From Dehalococcoidia bacterium (GTDB lineage Bacteria; Chloroflexota; Dehalococcoidia; UBA2979): a stretch of DNA of 64,000 nucleotides. The notes under the pieces were generated by a model. The model was not told the DNA's origin. It saw only the letters and a program-made list of their open reading frames with translations, and did not search any database. The translations under genes and the position numbers were made by a program. Below are positions 55,784 to 64,000 of this stretch, in pieces. The stretch lies in contig CAXXDN010000002.1 in the NCBI GenBank assembly GCA_963667465.2, positions 1,152,001 through 1,216,000 on the forward strand, read 5' to 3'. Position 1 is the first letter of the stretch. Every line of letters starts with the position of its first letter.

Positions 55784-57156
55784 GCACGCTCGCCATCCAC
55801 AACGGCCGCGTGATCGACCCCGCCCTCGGGCGCGACGGCATCGCCGACGTCGTGATCGTCGACGGCCGTGTCGCGCGCGTCGGTCCGAACGAGGGCGACG
55901 CGGTAATCGAGGCGGACCGCATCGACGCGACCGGGCTGGTCGTGACACCCGGCTTCGTCGACCTGCACGTCCACCTCCGCGAGCCCGGCTTCGAGTACAA
56001 GGAGACGATCGCCAGCGGCACCGTCGCCGCCGCGCGCGGCGGCTTCACCACCGTTTGCGCGATGCCGAACACGGACCCGCCGCTGGACCGCCGCGCCGCC
56101 GTCGAGTCCGTGCTGCGCCAGGCCGAGGAGCACGCCGCCGTGCGCGTGCTGCCGCTCGGCTGCATCACGCGCGAGCGCGCGGGCAAGGAGCTCGCGCCCG
56201 CAGGCGAGCTGGCGCAGGCGGGCGTCGTCGCGCTGTCCGACGACGGCGACGCCGTCGCCGACGCGCGGCTGATGCGCCACGCCCTCGAGTACGCCGGCGC
56301 CTTCGGCCTGCCGATCTCGCAGCACTGCGAAGACCCGACGCTGGTCCACGAGGGGCAGATGCACGAGGGCTGGGTCGCCACGCGGCTCGGGCTGCGCGGC
56401 CGCCCCGCGAGCGCGGAGGAGACCTTCGTGGCGCGCGATATCGCCCTCGCGGAGCTGGCCGGGGCGCACCTGCACATCGCCCACGTCTCGACCGCCGGCT
56501 CGGTCGCGCTGATCCGCGCCGCGCGCGAGCGCGGCGTGCACATCACCGCCGAGGTGACGCCGCACCACCTCACGCTCACGCATGAGGTGGTCGGCTTCGC
56601 GCCATCCGACTCGCGAGCGAGCAACGGCGACGGCGCGAACGGCTACCGCAGCATCGGCTACCACTCGAACGCCAAGGTGAACCCGCCGCTGCGCGCGCAC
56701 AGCGACGTCGCCGCCTGCGCCGAGGCCCTGCGCGACGGCGTGATCGACGCGATCGCCACGGACCACGCCCCACACGCCGTCTCCGACAAGGAGCTCGAGT
56801 TCGACCTCGCCGCGCCCGGCATCAGCGGCCTCGAGACCGCCCTCGGCCTCTCGATGAGCCTCGTGCATGGGGGCCACATCGAGCTGCCGGTTCTGGTCGA
56901 GCGGCTCACCACAGGCCCCGCACGCGCCTGGAGCCTCGACCAGCGACCCGGCCTCGAGGGCCTCGGGACGCTCTCGCCGGGCGCCGTCGGCGATGTCGCC
57001 ATCCTCGACCCGGACGCCGCCTGGACCGTGACACCCGAGGAGTTCGCCTCGATGGGCAAGAACACCCCGATCGCCGGCCGCGAGCTGCGCGGCCGCGTGC
57101 TGGCGACCGTCTACGGCGGGCGCGTCGTGCACACGATCGAGGGGGTCGCCCTGTGA
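55780..57156 (+). CDS. pyrC: Dihydroorotase
   Basis: DLHVHLREPG, MPNT, KVNPPLR, ATDHAPH; GTGA overlap. Confidence 0.96.
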   Translation: MSTLAIHNGRVIDPALGRDGIADVVIVDGRVARVGPNEGDAVIEADRIDATGLVVTPGFVDLHVHLREPGFEYKETIASGTVAAARGGFTTVCAMPNTDPPLDRRAAVESVLRQAEEHAAVRVLPLGCITRERAGKELAPAGELAQAGVVALSDDGDAVADARLMRHALEYAGAFGLPISQHCEDPTLVHEGQMHEGWVATRLGLRGRPASAEETFVARDIALAELAGAHLHIAHVSTAGSVALIRAARERGVHITAEVTPHHLTLTHEVVGFAPSDSRASNGDGANGYRSIGYHSNAKVNPPLRAHSDVAACAEALRDGVIDAIATDHAPHAVSDKELEFDLAAPGISGLETALGLSMSLVHGGHIELPVLVERLTTGPARAWSLDQRPGLEGLGTLSPGAVGDVAILDPDAAWTVTPEEFASMGKNTPIAGRELRGRVLATVYGGRVVHTIEGVAL

Positions 57157-58265
57157 GCGAGCTGCGCCCGGCTGCACGCCTCGTGCTCTCGGACGGCCGC
57201 GTCTTCGAGGGCGAGGGCTTCGGCGCACCCGTCGCCGCCACCGGCGAGGTGGTCTTCAACACCTCGATGACCGGCTACCAGGAGGCGCTCACCGACCCAT
57301 CCTACGGCGGCCAGATCCTGACGATGACCTACCCGCTGCAGGGCAACTACGGCGTCAACGCCGGCGACGATGAGAGCGCGCGCATCCAGGTGCGCGGCTT
57401 CGTCGTGCGGGAGCTGACCGACCTGCCCTCGCACTGGCAGAGCCTCGGCCGCCTCGACGAGTACCTTGCGAAGTCCGGCGTGCCGGCGATCGCCGGCATC
57501 GACACGCGCGCGCTGACGCGCCACCTGCGCTCGCACGGCGTGGTGATGGGCACGATCACCCGCGACGAATCGCCGGCCGAGGCGCTGGCGCGGCTGCACA
57601 GCGAGCCGCTGTACGGCACCGAGGACTACGTCGCCGAGGTCTCCACCCCGGTCCCCTACGAGTTCGGCGAGGGCGTGGACAACGGCGACGGGCCCGGCCC
57701 GCACATCGTCGTCGTCGACCTCGGGGTGAAGCGCAACATCATGCGGCACTTGCGCCGCCGTGGCTGCCGCGTCACCGCCGTGCCGAGCACGGCGAGCGCC
57801 GAGGACGTACTGGCGCACGGCCCGGACGGCGTGCTGCTCTCTCCCGGCCCCGGCGACCCGATGCTGCTCGACCACGTCGTCGAGACCTCGCGAGGGCTCG
57901 TCGGGCGCACGCCGCTGATGGGGATCTGCCTCGGACACCAGGTGCTCGGCCGCCTCTTCGGCGCCTCCACCTACAAGCTGAAGTTCGGCCACCGCGGCGC
58001 GAACCACCCCGTGATCGACAAGCCCAGCGGACGCGTCTACATCACCTCGCAGAACCACGGCTACGCCGTCGACGGCGACGGGCTCGAGTCCGCCGTCGAG
58101 GTGGAGCAGGTGCATCTCAACGACGGGACGGTCGAAGGCCTGCGGCACCGCGAGCTGCCGCTATTCACGATCCAGTACCACTCGGAGGCCTCGCCCGGCC
58201 CCCACGACACCGAGTTCCTGTTCGACCGCTTCCTCGAGAGCGTGCGCGACGAGGGGAGCCGCTGA
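57153..58265 (+). CDS. carA: Carbamoyl-phosphate synthase small subunit
   Basis: GEVVFNTSMTGYQE, GPGDP, GICLGHQ, QYHSEA. Confidence 0.96.
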   Translation: MSELRPAARLVLSDGRVFEGEGFGAPVAATGEVVFNTSMTGYQEALTDPSYGGQILTMTYPLQGNYGVNAGDDESARIQVRGFVVRELTDLPSHWQSLGRLDEYLAKSGVPAIAGIDTRALTRHLRSHGVVMGTITRDESPAEALARLHSEPLYGTEDYVAEVSTPVPYEFGEGVDNGDGPGPHIVVVDLGVKRNIMRHLRRRGCRVTAVPSTASAEDVLAHGPDGVLLSPGPGDPMLLDHVVETSRGLVGRTPLMGICLGHQVLGRLFGASTYKLKFGHRGANHPVIDKPSGRVYITSQNHGYAVDGDGLESAVEVEQVHLNDGTVEGLRHRELPLFTIQYHSEASPGPHDTEFLFDRFLESVRDEGSR

Positions 58266-58768
58266 TGGCCGAGCCGCAGCCACCTCCGGGGCAGCCACCT
58301 CCGGGGCAGCCACTGTGCCGCCGCGCCGCCGCGGACGATGCCGCGCAGATCGCCGAGATCATCGCGGAGCTGATCGCGGAGCCGCAGCCGGTCGCCTTCG
58401 AGCGCGCGCTCAGCACCGCAGAGGTCCGCGACGCCTGGCTGGGCGAAGACCACGGCGGCGGCGCAGTCTTCGTCATCGAGGACGCGGGACGGCTGCTCGC
58501 CTTCGCCGTCGTCGAGCCGCTCGAGGGCGCCTCGGAAGACTGCTCGCTGGGCGCCTGGGTGCGCGAGGCCGAGCGCCGCAAGGGCTACGCGACGGTGCTC
58601 GCCGAGGAGGCGCTGGCGTTCACGCGCGAGCGCGGCTACCAGGCGATCCGCGCACGCCTGCCCGAGGACAACGAGCCGGCGCTCTCCTACCTGTCGTCGA
58701 TCGGCGCGCTGGTGCCCCTCGCAAACCCGGGCGCGCACTTCGTGCTGCCAGCGGAGGAGTCATCGTGA
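58265..58768 (+). CDS. GNAT family acetyltransferase
   Basis: WV..ERRKGYA, DNEPAL; TGATG coupling. Confidence 0.75.
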   Translation: MAEPQPPPGQPPPGQPLCRRAAADDAAQIAEIIAELIAEPQPVAFERALSTAEVRDAWLGEDHGGGAVFVIEDAGRLLAFAVVEPLEGASEDCSLGAWVREAERRKGYATVLAEEALAFTRERGYQAIRARLPEDNEPALSYLSSIGALVPLANPGAHFVLPAEESS

Positions 58769-59522
58769 GCGAGCAGGCCGACCCGACCCCGGATACGTCG
58801 CACTACGCCGCCAGGCGCGAGCGCGACTGGGAGGCGTTCACCGCGGGCGACGGCCCGCCCGCCAGCCACTGGGAGCGGTGGGCCGAAGAGTCATTCGACT
58901 GGCGACCGGCGATCAGCTTCTTCCAGCCCGTCGGCACGGACTACGAGGGCCTCGCCGAGCGCATCCAGCCGTTGTTCGACGCCCTCGAGGGCCTCGAGGA
59001 GGTCGAACTGCCGCCGGCCAGCTTCCTGCACCTGACCATGTTGCAGGTCGGCTTCCTGCGCGCCGCCGACATCTACTGGTCGCAGGTGGAAACGTTCTAC
59101 GTGAACGCGGCGCCCCGGCTACACCGCCTCGAGCCGTTCAGCATCCGCATCGGCGGCGTCTCGGCAAGCGAGGACGCGCTCTACCTCGGCGTCGACGACG
59201 GCCTCGTCTTGCGCGAGGCGCGGCGGCTGATCGCCCTCGGCGTGCCGAAGGTCTACCAGGTGTTCCGGGAGGCCGGCATCCAGGCCGGCGAGGCCGACCC
59301 CTTCGTTCCGGAGATCCCGTTCGCCTACTTCACCGGCAAGGGCGATCGCGCGCGGGTGATCGAGGCGATCACGCCACACCTCGATGCCGACCTCGGCGAG
59401 TACCCGGTGAGCCACATCAAGATGGGGCGCATCGCGCCGGACCCGGATATCCACTTCCCTGACCCCGACGTCGTCGCCCAGATCATTCTCTTTGGCAAGG
59501 ACTACCGGAAGGGCTACCACAA

Positions 59523-59526
<4 letters not shown>
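58765..59526 (+). CDS. 2H-phosphoesterase / 2'-5' RNA ligase-like protein
   Basis: FLHLTM first motif; second motif degenerate (FVPEIP); GTGA overlap. Confidence 0.6.
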
Positions 59527-62842
<3,316 letters not shown>

Positions 62843-62846
<4 letters not shown>

Positions 62847-63562
62847 CGGAGGAGCGCGCGGGACCGCTCGACGCTGTGCTCTTCGACCTCGACGGCACGC
62901 TCGCCGACTCGATGCACTCGATCGCCGTGGCGCTTTCCGAGACGCTCGGCGAGCAGGGCTACCGCACGAGCCCCGAGGAGCTCATGCCGCAGTTCGGGCC
63001 GGGCATGCAGTCGGTGATCCGGCGCGCCATCGGCGTCGACGAGGCGGAGGCGGAGCGTCTCTACGCCCGCTACCTCCCGAACTACTACGAGCGCTACATG
63101 CCGGACACGCCACCGCTGCCCGGCGCGGACGAGCTGCTCGAGGATCTCGCGGCGCGGCTGCCGCTCGGCATCGTCACCACGAAGCTCGAGGCGGGCGCTC
63201 GCTCACTCGTCGCGAGCCTCGGCTGGAGCGCCCACTTCGGCCCCATCGTCGGGCGCGACACCACCGGCATCATGAAGCCCCGGCCCGAGCCGCTGCTGCA
63301 CGCCCTTGCCGAGCTCGGCATCGAGGGCGACCGCGCCGCCTACGCCGGCGACACCGAGGAGGACATGCAGGCCGCCCTCGCAGCCGGAATCGCCGTCCGC
63401 ATCGGCGTCACGGAGATCCGCAGTGAGCAGCAGCTACGTGAAGCGGGCGCGACGGCGATCTGCCGCGACCTGTTCGCGATGCGTGCGCTGCTCGTCGCCG
63501 TCCTCGAGGGGACGGCCGCCCTGCCCGCCGCCGCACCCTCTGCCGGAAGCCCGTCCGCATGA
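62843..63562 (+). CDS. HAD-superfamily hydrolase (phosphoglycolate phosphatase-like)
   Basis: [24 protein letters not shown]. Confidence 0.9.
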
Positions 63563-64000
63563 GCAGCGAGCACGCGAGCGAATCGGGTCGCAGCTCGCTC
63601 GCGGGGCTGCTCGGACAGTTCGGGCGGCTCGGCGCGACCGCCTTCGGCGGGCCGGCGGCGCACGTCGCGATGATGGAGGACGAGTTTGTGCAGCGGCGGC
63701 GCTGGCTCGACCGCGACACGTTCGCCCGCGTCCTCGCCGCCACGAACCTCGTGCCCGGCCCCAACTCCACGGAGCTGGCGATCCACCTCGGCTACCGTCG
63801 CCGCGGCGTGCCGGGGGCGATCGCCTCGGGCAGCGCCTTCATCGCGCCGGCCGCGCTCGCCGTCGCGGTGCTCGGCTGGGCCTACTTCCAGTGGGGCACG
63901 ACGCCGCGCGCCGACGACCTGTTCGCCGGCATCCGCCCCGTCGTCGTCGTGCTCGTCGCGCTCGCGGCCTGGCGGCTGCGCGGCCCCGCGCAGCGCAACC
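63559..64000 (+). CDS. chrA: Chromate efflux transporter (3' end outside window)
   Basis: LGATAFGGPAAHVAMM, RRRWLD, NLVPGPNSTELAIHLG. Confidence 0.9.
   Translation, partial: MSSEHASESGRSSLAGLLGQFGRLGATAFGGPAAHVAMMEDEFVQRRRWLDRDTFARVLAATNLVPGPNSTELAIHLGYRRRGVPGAIASGSAFIAPAALAVAVLGWAYFQWGTTPRADDLFAGIRPVVVVLVALAAWRLRGPAQRN

Noticed and set aside
58276-58313. 15-nt repeat GCAGCCACCTCCGGG
   Set aside because: Short in-frame duplication (QPPPG) in an unstructured N-terminus; no evident function

Overview
High-GC bacterial chromosome window. Gene content (many SDRs, MaoC, DUF35, CoA-transferase, P450, PAC2, GPP34, Thr/Pro-linker lipoproteins, LRR/FN3 surface proteins) suggests Chloroflexota/Dehalococcoidia, possibly host-associated; this is inference only. 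It carries gltB, a PyrR-attenuated pyrR-pyrB-pyrC-carA-carB operon, tRNA-Ile2(CAT), tRNA-Asn(GTT), and a block after the tRNA-Ile2 with two large surface proteins and a nirA / nitrate reductase / nitrate transporter cluster. The main finding is at 11215-16527. Three paralogous thioredoxin-fold lipoprotein genes are each split by the ORF caller at an in-frame TGA in the context D-A-I-W-[UGA]-x-x-C. Each TGA is followed at identical spacing by a hairpin with compensatory base changes, consistent with a bacterial SECIS. They are therefore most likely UxxC selenoproteins, clustered with two CxxC TlpA-like redoxins, a DUF3179-type lipoprotein and a MerR regulator: a candidate extracytoplasmic selenium-based redox system. 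Secondary findings are GlnR-like operator repeats before the nitrate genes, a probable CTG start for carB, a divergent M23 peptidase on an adhesin scaffold, an uncharacterised domain present in two copies, and a structured intergenic RNA candidate. All assignments are by eye; no searches or folding programs were run.
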